A DNA stretch of 64,000 nt from Escherichia coli phage KS_S14: sequence record LC788706.1. The stretch is one strand, 5' to 3'. The notes beneath the pieces were generated by a model that worked only from the letters and a program-made list of their open reading frames with translations, made no database searches and was not told the origin of the DNA. Shown here in pieces: positions 49,329 through 58,380 of this stretch (position 1 is its first letter; the number at the start of each line of letters is the position of its first letter). The position numbers and the translations under genes were made by a program.

Positions 49329-49571
49329 TTACGATTCCTTGAGCAAAGAAGCAAGTTCAGCATAGACTTTATCTAATTCAAAGCCGATGCGAAGAGACAC
49401 GTTTGTTTTCCGTTGTTTAAGTAACCACTCGGATATGTTAGGGATGCCAGCTAATCTATGCGGTACCACCCTACATAGCTTTTCCGAAGTGTCGTAAACA
49501 GGAACTTTACGTTCTTTTACTGGAAACTTCCTTGTTTCCCATTTTTTATTCTTCACTGTCATTTCTAGCAC
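49329..49571 (-). CDS. Hypothetical protein
   Basis: 80 aa; overlaps the end of the large helicase-like gene. Confidence 0.35.
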   Translation of the reverse strand: MLEMTVKNKKWETRKFPVKERKVPVYDTSEKLCRVVPHRLAGIPNISEWLLKQRKTNVSLRIGFELDKVYAELASLLKES

Positions 49572-52335
49572 CTAGCTCTGCCATTGCTTCATCATGCATA
49601 TGTTTCTCCTCATCAGTCATAAACTTATACGGGATTGGCATACACTCGATTTTACAATAGGTTCTGTACCAGTCTACAATATTCTCCGTGTTCATATCCT
49701 TACCAATACCCATCATACCAAGATACATTCTAGCATATTTTGGGTTAGCACTCTGACCTGTTTTAAGGAAGAAATCTTTCTTCTTACCTTTCAGAGCTTC
49801 TATAAATGGTTTGATAGTGACATTTGAACACTTCTTAATATCTTCCCAGAACATCTCGTGCATTTTATGGAAAAATGCCGCTCGATCATTCGGTTTATCC
49901 TTAATATATTGTTCAACATGCTCAACTGTTACATCTTTAATAGACTCAAGATGATAATAGCGAACAAGAAGTAGTTTAGCTTCATACGCATCAGCATGGC
50001 GTGGAGCACAATAATCAGGGGTTGAATATAAAATAGCTTTGATTCGCTCTTCCGTATATTCCTTCCCAGCACCTTCGATAGTTCCCCAGCTTTCACTGAA
50101 AATATCAATAGTTGCACCCTGATCAAGCAAGTAATAACGTAAAGTACTAGTATAGTTCCTAGATTCCAGCTCTCTACGACGTGCGTATAATTGCTGTGCT
50201 AACTCCAGCCAACCTTCATCAATGTTATATTGCTCAGAACCTGCGGAGAATCCACTCGTAGATTTATCAATAAAATAATAAATGTTCTGAGCGCCACGGT
50301 CGCGCCTGATTGCTTGAAAACGCATGTTTGGCGCTTGGTTGCTGGTTCTAGTAATAACGAATACGTTATCAAAATAGTTGAAGTCAACACCACTAGTTAC
50401 GGAGGGACTACATAATAAGCAATCAATTTGTTGATCAATTAGCTCATTAGTTGTGTAATCCAGAATACGTCGAATATCTACATCAGACGTAGAGTTTGAG
50501 TGGATTTCCTTAACTAACGCACCCGTATTACGACGCAGCGCCATACCCTTCTCATTCAGTTCATCCGGGCCACAATCAGATACCAGAATAGATTTCTCCC
50601 CCATTTCTAGAGAAGTCTGAAGTGCAACCCAAATACTGGATTCATCAGGGAACTCATAAGCATGAGCTTTTGACAGCATTTTACGGTGATGATTATAAAA
50701 TGCAACCGGTTTATCAAACTCAATTAAAGAACCATATGCTTCAATTGTTTCTGCACTAATATCCCCATCAGATAATATAATAATTTTTGCAGTTGCAAGA
50801 ATGTCACGTAGAACTTGAATACATTCGCGACGTTGTTTAACAACCGGGGCGAATAATAGGTCATTCATTACAGCATCACATTCATCGATAAAGATTGCAT
50901 CAATTTGACCAATAAAACTCTTGAACTTATGCAAAGAGTGAATAGTTGTGGACATACGGTCAATAGCACCACGCTTAAAATTAAGCATATCTACAGACTT
51001 ATCATATTGTCCTGCACTAAATTTCTTAGCATTTGAAGATACCAGTGCTCGAGTATTGGTAATTGCTAAGAAATTACCTTTAATAACTCCTGAATCTAAC
51101 CAACGCACAACCGCCGTAGTTTTACCTGTACCTAGACTTGCTTTTACAAAAGTCATATAACCTTCTGGTGGTACAGTATTTAATTTCAAGAAGTTATCAG
51201 TTTCTAGAGAATTAGTTTCTAGCTTTTTAAGTGGAATACCTTTTAAAACATCAGGTATATCGCGTTTAGAATTATTAACAAACGCTTTCAGAGCCTGTTT
51301 ACGGCCGTTATTAAAGTAATCTTGAATATTACGACTATTATCTTTAGTTGCAATATATTCTGATAAGGCTGGACGGATTTCTTTTTCTAGCCATGCAAAA
51401 TCAACACCATCCTCCAAAGCTCTATGATAGAGTTTAGGTATAATACGTAGATACACCCCATCCTCAGCTTCTTCTAGTTCGCTGATAGTTTCCTCTACTT
51501 TATCAGAGGCAGCTTTTTTACCTTTAATTTGATCGAGTAAAGAGTAAAACTCCTCCTTAAACTCACCTCTAGTTGTTTCATAGTCAACCAGATTATTGGG
51601 TAAATTTACTTTAGAACCCTTAACAAATACCAGACGTGAAGCACCCTCCGCTTTAAACGGATCTACTATACCATCGGTAAATAACGGATCTGCAAAATAA
51701 TGGAGCTGTACGGAAGAGTAATACGCTAAGTCGGCAATATCAAAGCCATACTTTTGTCTACTACTTTCGTTGATAGATGTAAATAAGAATTTGATTTGAC
51801 CCTGAGTTACTTTAACATTAGATTCTAGTATTAAGTGCATTCGGATACCTGGTTTTAGCCCAGACGAAGACGATGCATGAGCGATAAACCCTGCATCAAG
51901 AGGAAACATATCCTCACTAATACTATTTAACATTCTAATAATATGTCGAGCCATGCCAACAAGATCAAACTTGTTACAACCACCTGTATCTACAATACCA
52001 TCCACGTCCATTGCAATTATATGACTTGGGTTAGATACATTAAAGTTGCCCTTCTTACGTCGCACATTATTTTTAGGTGCAAGACATCGACCTCGTACCG
52101 CAACGATATGAGGGTCAGACGTTAAACGTCTCATAAGAGGGAGCATTTCTACTAGGGTTTGAGGATCAACTTCATCAATTACATCAAACTTGAAGGGCAT
52201 TGAAGCTGGTTTACCTTCAGGATGCTTTGAGGAAAATCTTTTAGCAAAAAGATAGTCTTCTGCTTTAACTTCTCGCCAATTGCCTGTGGCTAAATCGCGA
52301 TGAAATCCTGCATGACCTTGTAGGATTGAGAACAC
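49546..52335 (-). CDS. Large SF2-type helicase/ATPase (D2-like putative origin-binding protein)
   Basis: Walker A (ASLGTGKTTAV) and DExD-like (IFIDECDAV) in the second half; start set at GTG 52335 with AGGAG 7 nt upstream (track starts 78 nt earlier at an ATG lacking an RBS). Confidence 0.6.
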   Translation of the reverse strand: MFSILQGHAGFHRDLATGNWREVKAEDYLFAKRFSSKHPEGKPASMPFKFDVIDEVDPQTLVEMLPLMRRLTSDPHIVAVRGRCLAPKNNVRRKKGNFNVSNPSHIIAMDVDGIVDTGGCNKFDLVGMARHIIRMLNSISEDMFPLDAGFIAHASSSSGLKPGIRMHLILESNVKVTQGQIKFLFTSINESSRQKYGFDIADLAYYSSVQLHYFADPLFTDGIVDPFKAEGASRLVFVKGSKVNLPNNLVDYETTRGEFKEEFYSLLDQIKGKKAASDKVEETISELEEAEDGVYLRIIPKLYHRALEDGVDFAWLEKEIRPALSEYIATKDNSRNIQDYFNNGRKQALKAFVNNSKRDIPDVLKGIPLKKLETNSLETDNFLKLNTVPPEGYMTFVKASLGTGKTTAVVRWLDSGVIKGNFLAITNTRALVSSNAKKFSAGQYDKSVDMLNFKRGAIDRMSTTIHSLHKFKSFIGQIDAIFIDECDAVMNDLLFAPVVKQRRECIQVLRDILATAKIIILSDGDISAETIEAYGSLIEFDKPVAFYNHHRKMLSKAHAYEFPDESSIWVALQTSLEMGEKSILVSDCGPDELNEKGMALRRNTGALVKEIHSNSTSDVDIRRILDYTTNELIDQQIDCLLCSPSVTSGVDFNYFDNVFVITRTSNQAPNMRFQAIRRDRGAQNIYYFIDKSTSGFSAGSEQYNIDEGWLELAQQLYARRRELESRNYTSTLRYYLLDQGATIDIFSESWGTIEGAGKEYTEERIKAILYSTPDYCAPRHADAYEAKLLLVRYYHLESIKDVTVEHVEQYIKDKPNDRAAFFHKMHEMFWEDIKKCSNVTIKPFIEALKGKKKDFFLKTGQSANPKYARMYLGMMGIGKDMNTENIVDWYRTYCKIECMPIPYKFMTDEEKHMHDEAMAELGARNDSEE

Positions 52336-52834
52336 AACGATACTCCTGTGTTGGAAATGAAATAAGTTTTCTTTAGGACTATTCAGAAAGAATAGAACAA
52401 CTGTTACTGTCAATTTCTCAACAAATTAATTGCAAATACTGAAGTGGGGTGGCAACTTCCACTTTCACGCTACACTGCCGCTTCACTATACCGCACAAAT
52501 CCTTGAGGATGGCCGCTAAGCCAGATTTGCTCACCTAATGCTTCATGTACTAGCTCATACTAGATGTAGTATACCTTACGTCATCACTTCTCAGAGTTTT
52601 TCACTCTTCCCGTCTCACTTCACAACCACCTCACACTAGGTTGCTTCGAGGCCTTACCAGGGTTCCTACGGGATGTAGATCGCTAAGTATTCTATTAATT
52701 ATTTGTTTAAAAACTAACACGTAACAGTTAAAACAACCCTTAATGGGGCAGCCTAACTGTTCCGTATCGCGGATTGTAAACAAGAAAAATTAGCAAAATC
52801 AATTTTTACTAATGTCTCTCAATTCAATATAAAT
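52336..52834 (-). other. ORF-free, GC-enriched region of about 500 nt: long 5' leader or non-coding RNA candidate
   Basis: No ORF of 60 codons or more in any frame, and no ATG ORF longer than 3 codons found on the minus strand; lies between a consensus promoter and the helicase start; short CACTTC/GTGAAG-type repeats and local inverted repeats. Confidence 0.3.
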
Positions 52835-52863
52835 ATTATATCAAGATTTTGGGCATCCTGCAA
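52835..52863 (-). promoter_or_regulatory. Sigma70-type promoter (minus strand)
   Basis: TTGCAG, 17-nt spacer, TATAAT. Confidence 0.5.
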
Positions 52864-52902
52864 GTAAAATTTTCCGGATGGTGCTATCATTGGTCTTGAG
52901 TA

Positions 52903-52930
52903 CGGATAAAACCGAGCCAAAATGACTCGG
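52903..52930 (-). terminator. Rho-independent terminator (minus strand)
   Basis: CCGAG-loop-CTCGG hairpin followed on the minus strand by TTTTATCC. Confidence 0.45.
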
Positions 52931-52939
52931 TTATGTGGA

Positions 52940-53137
52940 TTAGACACTTAAAATACTTCTAATCTCTTCTATATACTTATCTACTTTTTTAGCATCTACT
53001 TTACTTAGTTTTCCTATGTCAAAATCAGGATCAGTAAACATTCTAGCTATCTCTATCTCTAGAGACTTACTAATTTTCCCTGTAGTATTCCACTTAGAAA
53101 TCTTCCCTTTTATTTTCCAAAATTCCTTATTCATCAT
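52940..53137 (-). CDS. Hypothetical protein
   Basis: 65 aa, Lys-rich. Confidence 0.35.
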   Translation of the reverse strand: MMNKEFWKIKGKISKWNTTGKISKSLEIEIARMFTDPDFDIGKLSKVDAKKVDKYIEEIRSILSV

Positions 53138-53519
53138 TTAATCCCGGAACATATACCCCAACACGATTTAATTGTTCTTTAGCTTCTTTGAGAATATCTG
53201 GAGTGTACTCCCAAATATCATCTTCCACCTGTAAAAGATGGGGCGAACAACTATCATCAGGCACACGACATATGGCCAAACCACGTGGATGGAACAAAGA
53301 GAAGTTTAGGGCAACAATCAAGCCCATAGCAGACAACTCATTCCAATCCAGTTCCCATTCCCCGGCGTATCCAGACAGGAAAACGCCAATGCATGGATCA
53401 TCTATTTGCTGCTCAGGAAAAGTGAAGGAGGCTTGTCTTACCCCCAACCAACGTTGTAGCAGCTTCTCCGCACGTTTCACCAAACTAGGGTCAATCTGAC
53501 GCCAATATACTTGTTCCAT
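53127..53519 (-). CDS. Hypothetical protein, paralog A of a tandem pair
   Basis: 130 aa; shares PCIG..., W.EL..MGL..ALN..LF.P and ...VPGL motifs in the same order with the adjacent 142-aa ORF. Confidence 0.5.
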   Translation of the reverse strand: MEQVYWRQIDPSLVKRAEKLLQRWLGVRQASFTFPEQQIDDPCIGVFLSGYAGEWELDWNELSAMGLIVALNFSLFHPRGLAICRVPDDSCSPHLLQVEDDIWEYTPDILKEAKEQLNRVGVYVPGLNDE

Positions 53520-53528
53520 TGTGCCCCC

Positions 53529-53957
53529 TTAGGCGGTTAAACCCGGAATTTGATAACCAAAACGACGAAGTTTTTGGATACCATCATTTACTTCTTCTGG
53601 TGAGTAAGACCAACCATACCGTTCATTAACTTGAAAACCAGGAGATTCGTTGGTTTTATAGTTAACAACAATACGGTGTTTATTAGGCATAAACAGCCTA
53701 TAGTTTAACGCAAAAACCAAGCCCATTTCATCCAACTCTTTCCAGCCAACAATCTCTTCAAGACCCTCCTCTACCTGCACAATTAAACCAATACAGGGAG
53801 CTTCTTCAATCTCGCCTTTAAAAGCAAAGGAGATTTCATTATTCTCACACCATATTTTCAGAGCATTAATAGCCTCATTGTACAGGTTGGCTGGAAGAGT
53901 ACGCCAAAAATTAACCAATATCGGGTTAGCCTCTTTAGAGAATACATTATTGAACAT
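53529..53957 (-). CDS. Hypothetical protein, paralog B of a tandem pair
   Basis: 142 aa; see paralog A. Confidence 0.5.
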   Translation of the reverse strand: MFNNVFSKEANPILVNFWRTLPANLYNEAINALKIWCENNEISFAFKGEIEEAPCIGLIVQVEEGLEEIVGWKELDEMGLVFALNYRLFMPNKHRIVVNYKTNESPGFQVNERYGWSYSPEEVNDGIQKLRRFGYQIPGLTA

Positions 53958-53959
53958 AT

Positions 53960-54466
53960 TTACACCTTAAATTGTTGTAGGGCTTTACACATTTCAAGAT
54001 CTGGGCTAAATTCTAACATATAGCTAACAGCTCTTAAATCTTGAAGATTTATTCCAGTTCTACCATTGACTATAACCGTTGGATACTGATACATCATAGC
54101 ACCAGCATCATCCAGCACACACCAATGTTTGAGCCTATGCTTTTCAACGAAGCGAAGAACAGAATTACCCCTAGATAATCCACCACCAGTAAAATCCGTT
54201 GTACCAAGAAAACGATCAATAAGATCTAATCCGGTCATAATCTGAACGTTCTCCATCTCATTCCTGACAGAGAACCATGAAGATACTCCAACAATCATTA
54301 TTGGGGAAGGACGAATAAAGTCCTGAAAAGCCTTGAGAAGCGGTTTAAAAACCCAGTCACTTCCAAAGAAAATCTTTTCATCATCAGGTGCATGGTGATG
54401 GGAGATGCTCGAGTTGAGCACCCCATCAATATCTAGAAAAATAATTGGAGTATTACTTATTTCCAT
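53960..54466 (-). CDS. HAD-superfamily phosphatase
   Basis: Motif I FLDIDGVLNS near the N-terminus, DD motif (CVLDDAG) later; 168 aa. Confidence 0.55.
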   Translation of the reverse strand: MEISNTPIIFLDIDGVLNSSISHHHAPDDEKIFFGSDWVFKPLLKAFQDFIRPSPIMIVGVSSWFSVRNEMENVQIMTGLDLIDRFLGTTDFTGGGLSRGNSVLRFVEKHRLKHWCVLDDAGAMMYQYPTVIVNGRTGINLQDLRAVSYMLEFSPDLEMCKALQQFKV

Positions 54467-54635
54467 TTTTGTCCCTTTCTAAGAACGTATCATACTCAAC
54501 CGTATCAACATATATGACACCATAGTCATCGGATTTATAGTCCATTTCCCATAGCTCACACCGATAGCACCAACTACCATCCGCCCATACAAATATATCA
54601 TCTGGATGTGTATACACAGATTTAACTATGGACAT
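54453..54635 (-). CDS. Hypothetical protein
   Basis: 60 aa; overlaps both neighbours. Confidence 0.3.
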   Translation of the reverse strand: MSIVKSVYTHPDDIFVWADGSWCYRCELWEMDYKSDDYGVIYVDTVEYDTFLERDKNGNK

Positions 54636-55450
54636 ATTTGTTTTCCCGGCATATAAGGTCTACCCTCTAAATGGGCTTCCACACGAGCAATAAAACCAGG
54701 GTCACTGAAAGCATCTACCGCACCTTTACTCCAGTAAGAAATACCCCGATCTTCCAGTTGGTACATATCACTACGAGTCATGCCTTGATAGCCTGGTTCT
54801 GCCGCTAGGGCACTATCGTAGTAGTTAACCACCATAAGTTTCGCAGCAGTCAAATTAAGAATAGGAAATAATTCCCAGTAGAAGTTAATTACTTGGTTAG
54901 AGCAACCAACTACAACGATCATATCTTGACTGGTAATACCATCAAAAATATTGTACATTTCTGCGTACGCTGGAGCATGCTCACCAAAGAAGATTACATT
55001 AGGTTTAACCCATTTATAATCATCTGGGTCAATAGAGCTATACCCAACATCAATAACTCGTTTATTGCTACTATTGTAGCTGTCAGCTACAACAACCTCT
55101 TTTAAATACCCATGAATATGCAAAATGTCACTATGCGGAACACCAGCACGCTCAATAAGGTCATCAACGTTAGTAGTCAAATTTACTACTTGACCCGGAT
55201 ATTTCTTATACCATTCACCAATACGCAAGTGTGCAAGATTGGGTTCAACAGTTTTTAGCTCTTCACGTCGCTTGTTGTAAAACATATGGGTTTTATGATA
55301 AAAATTACCACGAAAGGCATGAATATTACATACCTCTTCTAAGTCATACTCATCCCACAATGCTTTACCACTGGCAGTATCAGTACGGAAGGCTCGTACA
55401 CCACTTTCGACACTCAAACCCGCACCGCTAATAATAATTAATCTACGCAT
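54626..55450 (-). CDS. Sir2-family (sirtuin-like) NAD-binding domain protein lacking the zinc ribbon
   Basis: N-terminal ISGAGLSVESGVRAFR (sirtuin GAG...FR NAD-binding motif), later HIHG and FFGE; no CxxC...CxxC zinc module visible. Confidence 0.6.
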   Translation of the reverse strand: MRRLIIISGAGLSVESGVRAFRTDTASGKALWDEYDLEEVCNIHAFRGNFYHKTHMFYNKRREELKTVEPNLAHLRIGEWYKKYPGQVVNLTTNVDDLIERAGVPHSDILHIHGYLKEVVVADSYNSSNKRVIDVGYSSIDPDDYKWVKPNVIFFGEHAPAYAEMYNIFDGITSQDMIVVVGCSNQVINFYWELFPILNLTAAKLMVVNYYDSALAAEPGYQGMTRSDMYQLEDRGISYWSKGAVDAFSDPGFIARVEAHLEGRPYMPGKQICP

Positions 55451-55664
55451 TTTTCACCTGTTCTCTGAAGTTTTGCCCAATACTGTCTAATAGCTCAGCT
55501 AATTCTTTATTGCCTTCCTCCATTAAGGTATTAGCAATAACTTCTAGCATAGTAGCGCAGGATTCAACACCATCCTTATAGCCAGTTTCCCAGTGCTGCA
55601 TTAATGCGTTTTCCAAAGCGGCGTTTAAACCCTTATCTGGTAGCATCGGCTTCGAGAATGCCAT
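55443..55664 (-). CDS. Hypothetical protein
   Basis: 73 aa. Confidence 0.35.
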   Translation of the reverse strand: MAFSKPMLPDKGLNAALENALMQHWETGYKDGVESCATMLEVIANTLMEEGNKELAELLDSIGQNFREQVKNA

Positions 55665-55836
55665 AAAGTTTCTCCTCTAGTTCCATAACACGATTTTCAT
55701 AAGAGGCACGCAACTTTTCAATTGCCAGCGCACGCACTGTAACCTCATTAGAATTAATAGCTAACTGGGCCAGATCTTCTGTTTCCATACGTCCGTTGTA
55801 AATTAAGCGATATTTAAGATGTTTTACGTTTTTCAT
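55633..55836 (-). CDS. Hypothetical protein
   Basis: 67 aa. Confidence 0.35.
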   Translation of the reverse strand: MKNVKHLKYRLIYNGRMETEDLAQLAINSNEVTVRALAIEKLRASYENRVMELEEKLYGILEADATR

Positions 55837-55845
55837 TCTTGTTCC

Positions 55846-56127
55846 TTAGTTCTGTACTGTAAATTCATTCTTATCACAGTGAGCATAATAATACCCATAC
55901 ATACGATAAATTTTCACAGCCTTAGTAGACCCCTTCGATTCTTCATAATCAATCCAGAGCCACTTGTCTTTACCTACATAATGTACCCGAAACTTCTTAA
56001 CTTTCTTATCATTCCATGTTGCAACAACACGACGATAATCAAATCCGCCCAACCAATCTAGAGCCTTACGTTCTTCACTAGGCCCCCCAAGATGGGAGAC
56101 ATCTACTTTAGGAAGCAATTCGCTCAT
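55846..56127 (-). CDS. Hypothetical protein
   Basis: 93 aa; directly behind a PN25-family promoter (TTTGCTTTCAGCC...TATATAATAGATTTATAAATTTGAGAGGAG). Confidence 0.4.
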   Translation of the reverse strand: MSELLPKVDVSHLGGPSEERKALDWLGGFDYRRVVATWNDKKVKKFRVHYVGKDKWLWIDYEESKGSTKAVKIYRMYGYYYAHCDKNEFTVQN

Positions 56128-56226
56128 AGCTTTCTCCTCTCAAATTTATAAATCTATTATATATAAATTTTTGGCTGAAAGCAAATAAAATAAAAGCCAG
56201 GTCGACTAGCAACCCGGCTGATTAGC

Positions 56227-58101
56227 TTATTTAGCTCGAATATCCTGATGTTTCACCCTGCCCATAACCTCGTGCTGTTTGCCGGGGTTAAATGGACGAG
56301 CACCTGGATTTCCAAGATACCCACAAACTCGACGAGTTACTTCAAGAGTTTCGGGGTCATGATTACCACAGATAGGGCACTTAAATCCATCTTCGGATGC
56401 TACTGTTTCACCTAAGAATCCACATTTACCGCAAGAATCCACTGGAGTATTAATACCGAAGTAATGAACCTTACTAGCAGCATAATTAATAACCCATTCC
56501 AGTGCATCTGGGAATCGTTTCATATCTGGTAGTTCTACATAAGAGATACACCCACCAGAAGCAATCGGAGTAAAGTTAGATTCATAATCAAACTTCACGT
56601 TAGGAGCAACTTTTCGTTCCACATCAAGGTGGTGAGAGTTAGTGTAGTATCCTTTGGACAGAATATCTTCATGCTCCGGGAAATATTCACGGTCTAGACG
56701 ACAAAAACGGTCACATAGGGATTCTGATGGTGTAGCATACAGGCTATAACCTAACTTAGTTTCTTCCTTCTTCTGATCGACTCTATCCCGCATGTACTGC
56801 AATACACGCTGAACAAACTTGATGCAGGTCTCGGACATTGTGTCTACATCTTTGCCAAACATGAACTGTAGCATTTCATGGCAACCAATATACCCCAGAG
56901 ATACAGAAGCACGGTTATAAAAATGATCAAATACATATTCATCAGGCTCCAAGCGTAACCCAAAGGCTCCTGACATATAGAGGATGGGTGCAGCTTTAGC
57001 TTGGATGTATTTTAAGCGATCAACTCTCCACTCCAATGCTTTTAACGCTGTATCCACACGTAGCTCAAGCAAATCAAAGAATAGATCAATATTTCCTTCA
57101 GCTTCGATAGCAATTCTAGGCAAGTTTACAGAAACAACACCTAAGTTATTACGGCCAGCAGTTTCACCATCTTCTGCAGCAGCTAGGAATGAACGGCAGC
57201 CCATAGAAACTTTGTAGTCTCCAGTAACTTCTACAACTTTGTCATAGCTGATATAATCTGGATACATACGTTCAGCAGTACATTTCATAGCTAACTTCTT
57301 GATGTCATAATTAACATCTCCTGGTTTCATATTTACGCCATCACGAAGTACAAATACCAGTTTCGGGAAGATAGCTGTACGTTTATTGATACCTAAACCA
57401 TCCATGCGTACTTTCAGTATTGCCCTCTGTACTAGACGTGCTTCCCAAGAAGTTCCTAGACCAAAACCAAAGGTAATAAATGGACTCTGACCATTAGAGT
57501 TGAACATGGTATTGATTTCATATTCTAAACCCTGACAAGCGTCATAGACTTCTTTTTCAGTCATCTCCGTAGCCATTACGGATGCTTTGGCTTCATCCTT
57601 AGTCCAACGTTTTGCAAACGCATGATTTTTATCATAGGACTTACGAACATAAGGGGCTAATACTTCATCTAATCGGTCTACAGAAGTACCACCATACTGA
57701 TGGGAGCTAACCTGTGTGATAATCTGAGCTGTAATAGCAGCAGCAGTAGTGATAGAGTTTGGAGTGCTAATTTCAGCATTACCAACCTTCATACCATTCT
57801 TCAACATATCTTCCAGAGCTACCAGACAACAGTTAGTCATGCCTAATGCGGCATAATCAGCATCATGGAAATGAATATCTCCAATCATATGAGCATTTCG
57901 AATCTGAATTGGCATTTCTTCTAGAATCAGATACTTACTCAATTCACCTGCAAGCATATCCCTTTGTGTAGGGAAACGTTCTGAGGGTTTATTGGCATTA
58001 TTAAACAGCAGCTCTTCATCTGCTGATCCTTCGATAATCTCTTTGCAGTTTCTAATTAACGCCTGCATTTCTTTATACTTTAGTTCTTCATTACGATTCA
58101 T
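56227..58101 (-). CDS. nrdD: Anaerobic ribonucleoside-triphosphate reductase
   Basis: C-terminal glycyl-radical motif (RRVCGYLGNP) and zinc ribbon (CGKCGF...CPICG); 624 aa. Confidence 0.9.
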   Translation of the reverse strand: MNRNEELKYKEMQALIRNCKEIIEGSADEELLFNNANKPSERFPTQRDMLAGELSKYLILEEMPIQIRNAHMIGDIHFHDADYAALGMTNCCLVALEDMLKNGMKVGNAEISTPNSITTAAAITAQIITQVSSHQYGGTSVDRLDEVLAPYVRKSYDKNHAFAKRWTKDEAKASVMATEMTEKEVYDACQGLEYEINTMFNSNGQSPFITFGFGLGTSWEARLVQRAILKVRMDGLGINKRTAIFPKLVFVLRDGVNMKPGDVNYDIKKLAMKCTAERMYPDYISYDKVVEVTGDYKVSMGCRSFLAAAEDGETAGRNNLGVVSVNLPRIAIEAEGNIDLFFDLLELRVDTALKALEWRVDRLKYIQAKAAPILYMSGAFGLRLEPDEYVFDHFYNRASVSLGYIGCHEMLQFMFGKDVDTMSETCIKFVQRVLQYMRDRVDQKKEETKLGYSLYATPSESLCDRFCRLDREYFPEHEDILSKGYYTNSHHLDVERKVAPNVKFDYESNFTPIASGGCISYVELPDMKRFPDALEWVINYAASKVHYFGINTPVDSCGKCGFLGETVASEDGFKCPICGNHDPETLEVTRRVCGYLGNPGARPFNPGKQHEVMGRVKHQDIRAK

Positions 58102-58130
58102 TATACTCTCCTTCTCTAACTAAGACTACT

Positions 58131-58159
58131 ATTATAACTCATTCGAGGGCGGATGTCAA
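58131..58159 (-). promoter_or_regulatory. Consensus sigma70 promoter for nrdD (minus strand)
   Basis: TTGACA, 17-nt spacer, TATAAT, then GAAGGAGAG RBS before the nrdD ATG. Confidence 0.6.
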
Positions 58160-58210
58160 CAATATTTTACTATAAAGTTCTGTAACATGATCTGAGTCAA
58201 AAAATTTTAT

Positions 58211-58239
58211 TTGCCAATCTCTATTAAAAATTATATAAT
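58211..58239 (+). promoter_or_regulatory. Sigma70-type promoter (plus strand), distal
   Basis: TTGCCA, 17-nt spacer, TATAAT, with an A/T-rich upstream element. Confidence 0.5.
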
Positions 58240-58351
58240 CACGCACTCGTGCACGCGATATAAAATGATTATCTAGTATCACACATCTCACGTTAAAAGC
58301 AAGCAAATTTTTTATTTAAATGCAATATCATAGGCTTATTTAAAATTGTAG

Positions 58352-58380
58352 TTGCTTTTTACTGTATATATTGGTATAAT
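58352..58380 (+). promoter_or_regulatory. Sigma70-type promoter (plus strand), proximal to phoH
   Basis: TTGCTT, 17-nt spacer, TATAAT. Confidence 0.55.

Noticed and set aside
52336-52413. Upstream ATG start for the D2-like helicase (track start 52413)
   Set aside because: No RBS in front of that ATG, whereas the in-frame GTG at 52335 has AGGAG at ideal spacing; start remains uncertain.
52336-52939. Possible tRNA gene(s) in the ORF-free region
   Set aside because: No GTTCRANYC-type T-arm or cloverleaf-compatible arrangement found by eye on either strand; T5-like tRNA clusters are expected elsewhere in the genome.
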